64,000 nt of DNA from Octopus bimaculoides. Its lineage: Eukaryota. The translations under genes were made by a program, and so were the position numbers. Below the pieces are notes generated by a model. The model did no database searches, had not been told where the DNA came from, and saw only the letters and a list, made by a program, of their open reading frames with translations. Below are positions 40,381 to 50,966 of this stretch, in pieces. Position 1 is the first letter of the stretch; each line of letters opens with the position of its first letter. The stretch covers positions 27,770,968-27,834,967 of the forward strand of contig NC_069002.1 of assembly GCF_001194135.2 (NCBI RefSeq), given 5' to 3'.

Positions 40381-42404
40381 CCCGAGTTTCTGATGAAAAT
40401 CATCTCAACCAATTTCAGTCGATTTTTATACAGGATGATTAAAGGAAAAGATCTTTTAATTTTTTCAGGGTGTTACAGTCATTCCACATAGAAAACATAT
40501 TTATAAATTTACATTTAGATAGCAGGTCACTATTTGGATTGAAAAACATTACGGAGCACAATATTAAGTTTCACTTTTCGCGTTACTTTCATTATACAAA
40601 GCGAAGGCGAAGTTGTCATTATTTAATGTATTTATACATTACGTCCAATATTTTGACCAGATATTCTGCAATAACAACCAATTTCCTTTAGAAATCTGAG
40701 CTTATTTTATTTTATTATATTTATTTGTGAACAACCGATTACCAGTTCAGTGTATTTCCGATGTCGACAGCGAAAAGGGAGTGTTCTTTGTGTGTAAACT
40801 CGATGTAACTTAGCGTACTACTGAGAAAACTGCTGACACATTCTATCTACTGCAGGGTACTAATCGCACCTGACTACATTCTCACACTATATTGCTGGGT
40901 ACGAGCCAACCTGATGCAGTTTTATCCAGTCCTCTATGTTCCAGTCTGATACAAGAACTGATTGCAGCGAACAAATAATTAGAAAACTGATAAGATCAAT
41001 TATATATATAGACTTAGAAATATAATTAAAAATCTATATTCCATTTTTCTTTCTTTTTCGCTAATTTACATTTTCTGCAATCATCTGCATTTAAATTTGA
41101 GCTTAATGTCGCTAAAATTCCAAAATAAGCACCATGCTCCGGCAAAATTACAATAAAGGTTTCCTGCTATCGCTTTAGATTAATATCGTCCGTTTTTTTT
41201 CGGTCTCACCCAATATTTATGTAATAGAGAGGGGTCCACGCATAACTAATGAATGCAGAAACGGTTTTTAAACACCGTTATCATAATGGTCAGTCGTCCA
41301 GCACTCGAACTAAATTTGATGTTTTGATTAGTTCTGGGGTGTAAATCTTCACAAGTTGCACTACTTTACCACTTTTCGCTGTATCTATATTGTCAGACCG
41401 ACAAGGTCACTTATATCAGTTTTGCGTCTCCGCGAATTGACAAAACCCATTCACAGTCAACAAATATCGTCACATAAATAACAACTTATATATTATGTCA
41501 CCCACCCCATTATATACCAAGCTTTGGAATACATAACTCATCCACTGTCAATCACCGTTGTGCAATAAAAGCTACAGTATGTCACCATTAGAACAAATCG
41601 GGAAGAATGTTAATTTCTTGTCGGAAAGTGCCACAAAAAAAAAAAAAAAAAAAAAAAAAAAANNNNNNNNNNNNNNNNNNNNNNNNNNNNNNNNNNNNNN
41701 NNNNNNNNNNNNNNNNNNNNNNNNNNNNNNNNNNNNNNNNNNNNNNNNNNNNNNNNNNNNNNNNNNNNNNNNNNNNNNNNNNNNNNNNNNNNNNNNNNNN
41801 NNNNNNNNNNNNNNNNNNNNNNNNNNNNNNNNNNNNNNNNNNNNNNNNNNNNNNNNNNNNNNNNNATCTTATATATACATACATACATACACAAACATCT
41901 ATATAAAATACATGTTGCTGTATGTGCGTATATATCTATAGTGCGTGGATGGGAGTATATGTTGGGTATAGAAGTATAGGCGTCCTCTTCGGAGATCCTA
42001 AAAAGGTAAATTTTCATTATAAAAGGTAAAAAAAAAAAAATAATTAATTAATTACCTCGTAATTTGTTTATTAAGTACATAGGCTATACCTATCCAGGCA
42101 AATGTTCCCACACCCACCCGACTATCTTTTCTTAGCATTTTCAGGGGGAAAAGGGTATTTTTTTAAATGAAATTTTCTTCAAATACCTCTCAGATTGTGT
42201 GGATTCCGATTATATCGGAATTTCACGCGAAAAGTAACTAACCAAATATGCCAGCACATAAATATACGAACTAGAAATTTGAGGAGTGAAATAAATGGTT
42301 AAGTACTTGACTAAATGTATTTCAAGCAATTTAGGGGTCTGATATCTTTGACTATTCATCAAAAATATCTGATTGAAGTTAATTAAATCCCAGAAAATAT
42401 GGTC

Positions 42405-42890
42405 ACATTCTTTCTTTTCAAGGTCCCGGTGTTGGTTTTTTTTGGGAAATTTTGTTAAGAATCACAGCTACATAATTAATTAATCAGTGATAATGTTTTA
42501 AATGGATTTATTTCCCCAAATACAGATATATTATTTTCATCTTTAAAACCATCGGCGTGACACACCAACAATAAATCTTTCAAGTAAAAGTAATCAAACC
42601 ACAATAAATATAATTGTATTCTTTATTTCAAGGTCCCGGTATTTGGTAAGAATCACAGCTACATAATTAATCAGTGGCAATGTTTTAAATGGATTTCTTT
42701 CACCAAAACATTAATATTTCTGACCATTTATCAAAGACATCTGATTAAAGTCAATCAGGTCACAGAAAATAAAGTTATCTTCTTTTATTTCAAGGTCCCG
42801 GTGTTTGGTTAATTTTGCCAAGAATCACAGCAACATAATTAATTAATCAGTGATGATGTTTCAAATGTTTGAAATACATCCTTCTTTTAC
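42405..42890 (+). repeat. Three diverged direct repeats starting caaggtcccgg...aagaatcacagc(t/a)acataattaat
   Basis: Units start near 42420, 42630 and 42790. Confidence 0.85.
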
Positions 42891-43544
42891 TGAACAAGGA
42901 TGTATTTTTATTGGAGTCATCGACGGCTAATGATAAATTTTCAAGTAAACAAGTATGATTATTTAAAGTGGAATCGTCTAGAAACATTTATGTAGAATGA
43001 TAAAGAAAAAAAATAAGGGGAGTTGGACAAAAATTAATAAACAGTGACAATGAGAAAGATAGATATACCTTATAAGATATGATTTGGAGTAATATTTAGT
43101 TAATTTAATAAATTAAAGATTTGATAAGAATTTAGAGAAGGTATTTAATAATAAAAAAACACCGTCTGCATGACGGAGATTTATATATAAACGAAATAAA
43201 ACTAAATAAAGTAGAAGACGGATAATATATGGATCTATGAAGAAATGGGTGTTTGCAATTATACGAAATATTACTTAGTATGATTAATAAAAAATAAAGG
43301 ATCATATTGTGTTTTGTGAAAATTAATGCATCTAAGAATATATATGTTTACTTATGGTGTTGGAAACATCAATAAAAATAGTCAACGAAATGGAAAAATG
43401 ACTTAACTATTAAATATAAACGGAATACATTACAAACATTAACAACATTACAAAGCGAAATTTATAGCGGAGGGGGGGCGATTTTTTTTTGAATAAATAC
43501 AGAACAGAATGGTGTGAAATTTAAATGTGTGATAAAACAGTTAC

Positions 43545-43657
43545 CTCTTAGAAATGGCTCTTGAAAAATCTGGTATTTCATTTTTGTTGAACGCTGAATA
43601 GGAGGCAGCTAGTAATGGTTTTAAACAGTAAGATAACGACGCAGGAGGAGTCGCCAT
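43545..43657 (-). CDS. UBR4: UBR4 coding exon 1 (MATPPASLSYCLKPLLAASYSAFNKNEIPDFSRAISK)
   Basis: ATG in caagATGgcg context; donor AG|gtaac, phase 2. Resembles the recalled human UBR4 N-terminus (VRPLLSASYSAFEMKELPQL). Confidence 0.92.
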
Positions 43658-43830
43658 CTTGTCTGCCAAGGCGGGCGTGAAGACGACAAACCAAACTGGA
43701 GTTATCTGCTCCTTACCAAACACATTCACAGCAACTCGACTTGATTTTTTTTTATCTATTTTTTTAATTTTTAGGATTTACTATCTACCTACTTACTTAT
43801 CTGTTTATTTTACGTTTTGTTTTTGTTTTA
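43658..43830 (-). promoter_or_regulatory. Likely UBR4 5' UTR / core promoter region
   Basis: Immediately upstream of the ATG and CpG-rich (gcgggcgtgaagacgac, ctcgac) against a CpG-poor background. Confidence 0.5.
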
Positions 43831-44309
43831 CGTAATTTATGTTTTTGTTATTTATTAATTTTGCTTTTTACGTAAATTTGTTGTTTTTCAATTATTTCAT
43901 TTACTTTCTCTTTTCTAACATAATTTTTGTATTTATTTTTATATTTTATTTATTCTTGGTTCTTTTCCCCAAAACTATATATTTATATATATTTTATACT
44001 GTGAAACTTGATTTAATTTTAATTTTTAATAAATTGATTTTAATTGAGTTTTTACCTGTAATTTTGGATTTTATCCCTGATATTATTATTATTATTATTA
44101 TTTATATATATATNNNNNNNNNNNNNNNNNNNNNNNNNNNNNNNNNNNNNNNNNNNNNNNNNNNNNNNNNNNNNNNNNNNNNNNNNNNNNNNNNNNNNNN
44201 NNNNNNNNNNNNNNNNNNNNNNNNNNNNNNNNNNNNNNNNNNNNNNNNNNNNNNNNNNNNNNNNNNNNNNNNNNNNNNNNNNNNNNNNNNNNNNNNNNNN
44301 NNNNNNNNN

Positions 44310-44610
44310 TCTAGTCCCTGCTTCCACACCTGAAACTTCTCTAGTTCTGATAGTGATTCAGCAATTAGTGCAAGGTCATCAGCATAGAGGAGCTCCCAGG
44401 GGCATCCTGTCTTGAATTCCTCTGTTATCGCCTGGAGGACTATGATAAATAGGAGGGGGCTGAGGACAGAACCTTGGTGGACCTCTACCTCTACTCGGAA
44501 TTCTTCACTGTACTCATTGCCAACCCTCACCTTACTGACAGCGTCTCTGTACATGGCTCGCACAGCTCTCACTAACCATTCTTCTATCCCAAGTTTCCTC
44601 ATTGACCACC
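44310..44610 (-). mobile_element. RTE LINE reverse-transcriptase fragment, well preserved
   Basis: ORF-track translation contains HQGSVLSPLLFIIVLQ and WELLYADDL; runs into gap 44114-44309. Confidence 0.92.
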
Positions 44611-45033
44611 AGATAAGGGATCGGGGACCCTGTCACCTTTTCAGTGCCATCACAGTCACCTGGATTCCGTAAAGATAGTCTTCTATATGATATACCCATT
44701 TTTCTAGCTTCTCAGTTCTGATATGAGCATTAATAAATGTCAGGGTCAAACACTAAAAGTCGCTGGATTACAACTTGAAGAACAAGCAGAAGTTCGTATA
44801 TGAAATCCATCTTTTTTTCTAGTTCAATTATTACATGTTTTTCTCTTATATACCACACACATACAAGACAAGTAAACCTAAATCTGACTGACAGGATACA
44901 GCATTTGTAATTTCATTGAACTATTACGTACTGTTACCTTCCATTCCTGTAATATAGCATCAGAATTTCAGCACTAACACTGACAGAACACAGCATTTGT
45001 AATTTCATTTCACTAATATTTACTGATATTCCT

Positions 45034-45421
45034 GTGGAGGCGCAATGGCCCAGTGGTTAGGGCAGCGGACTCGCAATCATGGTATTGCAGTTTTGATTCC
45101 CAGATTGGGCATTGTGAGTGTTTATTTACCGAAAACACCTAAAGGTTCATGAGGCTCCGGCAGGGGATGGTGGTGAACCCTGCTGTACTCTTTCACCACA
45201 ACTTTCTCTCACTCTTACTTCCTGTTTCTGTTGTGCCTCTAATTCAAAGGGTCAGCCTTGTCACACTGTGTCACGCTGAATATCCCCGAGAACTACGTTA
45301 AGGGTACACGTGTCTGTGGAGTGCTAAGCCACTTGCACATTAATTTCACGAGCAGGCTGTTCCGTTGATCGGATTAACTGGAACCCTCGACGTCGTAAGC
45401 GACAGAGTGCCAACAACAACA
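45034..45421 (+). mobile_element. tRNA(Arg-like)-derived SINE family B with 12-bp TSD
   Basis: Head ggcgcaatggcccagtggttagggcagcggactcgc, (aac)n tail; TSD actgatattcct at 45022-45033 and 45422-45433. Confidence 0.9.
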
Positions 45422-45642
45422 ACTGATATTCCTAATCAAGCAAACTTCTTAACCACACAACCAAAACTGTATCTTGTATTTTTTAAACAAATTAATGTTT
45501 AGACGGAAATATGTCAACAGATAAACACCTATTTCCAATTAGCTTAAGAAAATAAATCTGTATTATACATAAAAATTACAAATTTTAAATATGGTTAAAA
45601 AGAAAAAAAGCCAAAAAAATTAATATAATTTTATTCTAAATA

Positions 45643-45725
45643 TTTATTATCAAATTTAAATAAAAACAAATAATGAAACAATATTGTAATGCCTTTTTCT
45701 GTTTATTATGAATTTTTCTTTTATT
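45643..45725 (-). terminator. Candidate polyadenylation signals of MRPS31
   Basis: AATAAA on the minus strand at 45725-45720 (overlapping the stop codon), 45707-45702 and about 45648-45643. AT-rich context, so the site actually used is unknown. Confidence 0.5.
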
Positions 45726-45953
45726 ATGTTAAAGCCAATTCCTCTTTAAGTAAGTGTCGTTTTTCTTCAAAATAATTCTTAAACCAGGAAATGTGGTCCT
45801 TCTTTTGTTGGACTGTTAAATAAGGGCTCAGTGAAAGTCCTGTAATGACTAATTCCATAAAGTGACGAATTGGTCCTTTTGAGGGGAAATCAGCAATCAA
45901 ATCTTGTAGAAAGACATGTTCATGGAATCCTGTATTTATTTCTTCTTCCCAAC
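45724..45953 (-). CDS. MRPS31: MRPS31 last coding exon ([16 protein letters not shown]...[39 protein letters not shown]...T*)
   Basis: Acceptor atttctag, stop TAA at 45726-45724. Matches recalled FHEHIFLE...[20 protein letters not shown]. Confidence 0.96.
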
Positions 45954-46267
45954 CTAGAAATAACAAAAAAATAGATTAAAAAGAAATAAGTTGGTATCAG
46001 GAAGGGCATCCAGCCATAAAAACCAAGCAAAAACTGGAATTTGGTGCAGTCCTCTGGCTTGCCAGCCCTTATCAAACTGTCCAATCCAGCCATGCCAGTA
46101 TGGAAGACGGACGTTAAATAATGAGGATGCGAAATAATTATTGTTTTGAAACATACCCTTACCAATAAGTTAGGAGATTTAGCCTTAAATATTCTCATTC
46201 CATTTTGATATCTGGTTATTCTTATTCTTCATCTTCCTCAGGCTTATTATATAATTCCTTGTGTATA

Positions 46268-46652
46268 TGTTGTTGGCACTCCATCACTTACGACGTCGAG
46301 GGTTCCAGTTGATCCGATCAACGGAACAACCCGCTCGTGAAATTGATGTACAAATGGCTAAGCATTCCACAGACACGTGTACCCTTAACGTAGTTCTTGG
46401 GGATATTCAGCGTGACACAGTGTGACAAGGCTGACTCTTTGAATTACAGGCACAACAGAAACAGGAAGAAAGAGTGAGAGAAAGTTGTGGTGAAAGAGTA
46501 CAGCAGGGTTCGCTACCATCCCCTGCCGGAGCACCGTGGAGCTTTAGGTGTTTTTGCTCAATAAACACTCACAACGCCCGGTCTAGGAATCGAAACCGCA
46601 ATCCTATGACCGCGAGTCCGCTGCCCTAACCACTGGGCCATTGCGCCTCCAC
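46268..46652 (-). mobile_element. SINE family B copy with TSD ccttgtgt
   Basis: Reverse complement of the 45034 copy; TSD at 46257-46264 and 46653-46660. Confidence 0.9.
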
Positions 46653-47312
46653 CCTTGTGTGTGTGTATATATATAATTGTATGTTTAGTGTTATATTTCT
46701 GGTGTTGTGTTGTGTCTAGATCAGTAATGAGTAAACTGTGGCCCAAGGGACTTTTTGAATGGTACGCCCAACAAATAATTTCATTGAATTTTCCAATAGT
46801 GTAGCCTGTTTGTCGAACCATGTCTTATATGGTCTGCTTCTTGGAAAAGGTTGCCCAAGCCTGGTCTAGATCTTTGTAGGTAAGAGCACGTTGCTGTTGT
46901 TGTTGTAGTGGTTGTTGACTGAATGAGCTCAGCTATGCTTCAGTGGGGTTAGATCCAGAGGTAGTTTATTTCTTTAACATTTCCAGCTATTTCCATTCTG
47001 CTGCTACCACCAATGCCTTCATTATCATCTTAACATCCCCCCTTTTTTCCATGCTTGCATCGGTCAGAAATTTGTTGAAGCAGATTTCCTGTAGCTGGAT
47101 GCTCTTCCTGTCATCAGCCTTCACCCAATTCCATGTAATGGTAGTATTTCTCCACCACCTCAGTCCTTCAAACACAAACAGTAAACATGTTTGCATAGAA
47201 GATTGCAAACATTGCTCACATGAGAGTGACGTTTGCTTACAATGTTTGCAATGCCAAGATGACACATATATACACCACCACCACCACCACTACCACCACC
47301 ACCACCATTACT

Positions 47313-47537
47313 TTAACCCTTCAGCATTCAAACCAGCTATATCAAGCCCAAATATTCAGTTTTATGGTGAAACTGGCCAGATCCAGCCTCTCACATCTAC
47401 CCTACAATGTCATTCTAAAAATAAACAATTACATCTTCAAAATCTTGAAGCTACAAGATTGCTACACGATTAATTTTAAAAGATGCGGATAAATAAGCAT
47501 TGCATTTGAGAAATTAATCTGAATGCTAAAGGGTTAA
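47313..47537. mobile_element. piggyBac-type MITE (TTAA...TTAA), representative of about 7 copies
   Basis: TTAA-cccttcagcattc ... gaatgctaaaggg-TTAA. Other copies at 9841-10059, 29400-29611, about 37180-37400, 15135-15470, 6775-6900 and 5470-5670. Confidence 0.85.
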
Positions 47538-47955
47538 TGTCTATTTTTTTCCATGCTGGTATGGGTCAGACAGAATTTGCTGAGGTGGATTTTCTTTGGC
47601 CAGATGCCCTTTCTGTCACCAACCCTTACCTGTTTCCAAGAAAAGTAATATTTCCCTGTTGACCAGATTGGAAACAAAGGACAACGCTTGGATGATGATG
47701 AGTCTTGTTTATAGCTATTGTGTGATGTCAAAACAAGAGGACAGTAACATATGCACACACACACAACAGGCTTCTTTCAGTTCTCATCTACCAAATCCAC
47801 TCACAAGGCTTTGATCAGCCCAGGGCTGTAGAAGAAGACATTTGCCCAAGGTGACACACAGTGAGACTGAACCTGAAACCATGTGGCTGGGAAGCAAATT
47901 CCTTACCACACAGCCATGCTTGTACCTGTCTCAGAACCCAGTTATTTTCAGCAGT

Positions 47956-48324
47956 TGTTGGCATTCCGTTGCTTACGACGTCGAGGGTTCCAGTTCAACG
48001 GAACAGCCTACTCGTGAAATTAACGTGCAAGTGGTTGAGCACTCCACAGACACGTGTACCCTTAACGTAGTTCTCGGGGGATATTCAGCATGACACAGTG
48101 TGACAAGGCTGACCCTTTGAATTACAGGCACAACAGAAACAGGAAGTAAGAGTGAGAGAAAGTTGTGGTGGAAGAGTACAGCAGGGTTCGCCACCATCCC
48201 CTGCTGGAGCCTTGTGGAGCTTTAGGTGTTTTCGCTCAATAAACACTCACAACGCCCAGTCTGGGAATCGAAACCGTGATCCTATGACCACGAGTCCGCT
48301 GCCCTAACCACTGGGCCATTGCGC
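47956..48324 (-). mobile_element. SINE family B copy with 11-bp TSD ttttcagcagt; partial copies at 33918-34253, 52545-52834 and about 60100-60220
   Basis: TSD at 47945-47955 and 48325-48335. Confidence 0.9.
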
Positions 48325-48411
48325 TTTTCAGCAGTAACAGGTAACAAAACATACCAAGAACTGTTCATACAAAGACATGGAGAAGAAAAACAAAATATTT
48401 ATTAAACTGAC

Positions 48412-48549
48412 CGGCTTCGTTATTGATTGGGAATGTCCAGTATTTTCCTTCTTTAGTCCAAATAGCGATTTCTTCAAAAGCATTTGACGGGAATACAGGA
48501 ATGGAAGTTAAGGTTTCTGCATTTATTTCATCCCACAGGCTTTGTTTCT
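48412..48549 (-). CDS. MRPS31: MRPS31 penultimate exon (EKQSLWDEINAETL...AFEEIAIWTKEGKYWTFPINNEA)
   Basis: 138 nt with GT-AG boundaries. WTKEGK.W.FPINNEAG is a signature recalled from the MRP-S31 domain. Confidence 0.95.
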
Positions 48550-48944
48550 CTGTTGTAAAGAAAAGAAAATTAAATAGCCCAGCCATAGAACATTCAAGAA
48601 ACTGGTTGACTGCAAGAAAAAAAAAAGTGCATTTATATTGCTTGTTTTTATGTCCATTTTTTCCTGCTAGCAAGGGTTAGAGAAATATATGCTAGATGTC
48701 CTTGTCACTAAACCCTTACCTAAAGATTACTAATTTTAAATATTCTTTTACTTTTTTCAAGTCATTTGACTGTGGTCATAATGAAGCACCATGTTAAAGG
48801 GTTTTAGTCAAGGAAATCGACCCCAGTACTTATTTTTGTAAGCCTAGTACTTATTCTATTATCCTCTTTTGCCAAATCGCTAAGTTACAAAGATGTAAAC
48901 ATACCAACAAGTGATAGTGGGGAGACAAACACAAAGACACACAC

Positions 48945-48978
<34 letters not shown>

Positions 48979-49437
48979 ATATATATATCATCATCATCGT
49001 TTAACGTCCGCTTTCCATGCTAGCATGGGTTGGACGATTTGACTGAGGACTGGCAAGCCAGAAGGCTGCACCAGGCTCCAATCTGATCTGGCAGAGTTTC
49101 TACAGCTGGATGCCCTTCCTAATGCCAATCACTTTGAAAGTGTAGCGGGTGCTTTTACGTGCCACTAGCACGGGGGCCAGTCACACAGTACTGGCAACGG
49201 CCATGCTCAAATGGTGATTTTTTACGTGCCACCTGCACGGGAGCCAGTCCAGCGGCACTGGCAATGACCTCGCTTGAATGATTTTCTAACGTGCCACCAG
49301 CACAAGTGCTAGAGGCAGCGCTGGTACCGATTACGCTCAAATGGTGCCATTTACGTGCCACTAGCATGGAAGCCAGACAGCTACTCCGGCAATGAACACG
49401 CTCGGACAGTGCTGTTAGTGCTCCACTGGCACAGGTG

Positions 49438-49468
<31 letters not shown>

Positions 49469-50622
49469 TCCCTCTGTTAGGAGGCACAAGCACTTACACA
49501 ACAATAACTACACATCAAACATAAATAATAATCATTCTATTTACCTATATTTTTACCTCAAACTGACCTCAGTCTTCCCAACACACAAATAACCTCGATT
49601 CATAAATACTATCCACCCACCTCATTTCCTCTCCTTCCATCATTTCAAAAAGATAGTTGATCAATTTCTTAGAGATAATTCCAAGAACTGTGCTTCAGTC
49701 ATTTTCATAAAAGCATGTAAAATCACTGGTATTGATACACTGCATAATTTGCTGACTTCCTGTGTATCAACCTGCAACCCTCCAATATAGATTTTTCCCT
49801 TCACTTTAAGACAAGGTTAATTCCCTATCAGACCAGCGTTTGCTATGTCAATGAACAACAGTCAAGGACAAAGCTTATCACAACATGGCATTTATCTCTC
49901 TATAACAGTGTTCACACATGGTCAGTTGTATGTTGTACTCAGTACAGTTGGGGATCCTTTGTATCTAAAGACTTGTGCTGGTCAAAGTCAGTTTAGTATA
50001 TCAAGGAGACATCAGAGACACCCCAATTATAAAAATATTAAATTCGCAAGAAATGTTGCCTAGACAGACATCATTTGATTGCCAAAATTTCCTGCTTGGA
50101 GAATGTTTTATATAATACTGTACATCCTCCTCCTCCTTTAATGTATATTTTCCATACTGGCATGGGTTGGACAGTTTAACCAGAGCTGACAAACAGGAGA
50201 GCTGCACCAGGTTCCTATCTGACTTGGCCTGGTTTCTATGGCTGGATGCCCTTCCTAATGCCAGCCACTTTACAATGTGTGCTGGGTGCTTTTAACATGG
50301 CACTGGCACAAGCAGAATATAATATTGTGTACATAAGGTGTTCCATCCTCATCATCATGAGCACATACAAAGAAAAAAATTGTAAAAACTAATTCTATAT
50401 TTTTCAGCATACAAGTGAAATATTTCAGACCAAAATTTACAACCAAAACAGGCAGGTCAACTTACACAAGAGGACTACTTTGAAAGAGCAAAAATTCCAT
50501 GTAAAAGGCAGCAAGATTTTGAAAGCTGCTGCTGATGTTTAAATGTTTACACAACATAATTGCATGATATGCTATACATGATTTACATTTGACGGATATT
50601 TGTCCTCATCTTGTTTGTTGTT

Positions 50623-50668
50623 AGCACAATGTTTCGGCTGATATACCCTCCAGCCTTCATCAGGTGTC
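50623..50668 (-). ncRNA. Hammerhead ribozyme-like motif, type I (left arm)
   Basis: Reverse complement reads gacac-CTGATGA-A-GGCTG-gagggtatat-CAGCC-GAAA-cattgtgct. Confidence 0.7.
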
Positions 50669-50920
50669 TTGGGGAAATTTCGAACCTGGGTTCTCATTCC
50701 TAAGGTATTTTTCATTATTCAGGTCACTGCCTGGAACTGAACTTGGAATCTTGGGGTTAGTAGCCCGCGCTCTTAACCACTATGCCATATGCCCGTGGCG
50801 TAGTGGTTAAGAACGCAGGCTACTAACCCCAAGATTCTGAGTTCAATTCCAGGCAGTGACCTGAATAATAACATCAAAAAATACCTTAGGAATGAGAACC
50901 CAGGTTTGAAATTTCCCCAA

Positions 50921-50966
50921 GACACCTGATGAAGGCTGGAGAGTATATCAGCCGAAACATTGTGCT
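50921..50966 (+). ncRNA. Hammerhead ribozyme-like motif, type I (right arm)
   Basis: gacac-CTGATGA(50926-32)-A-GGCTG-loop-CAGCC-GAAA(50954-57)-cat-t-gtgct. Core and stem II are intact; stem III is minimal and imperfect. Confidence 0.7.

Noticed and set aside
41564-41662. AATAAA followed by a poly(A) run, suggesting a retrocopy
   Set aside because: The signal is about 65 nt from the A run, the run ends in a gap so no TSD can be checked, and there is no ORF upstream.
50796-50862. Possible genuine tRNA-Ser gene
   Set aside because: A and B boxes are present, but there is no proper acceptor stem, long variable arm or T-run terminator, and it is fused to a repeat body; treated as a tRNA-derived head. 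The same applies to the SINE B Arg-like heads.
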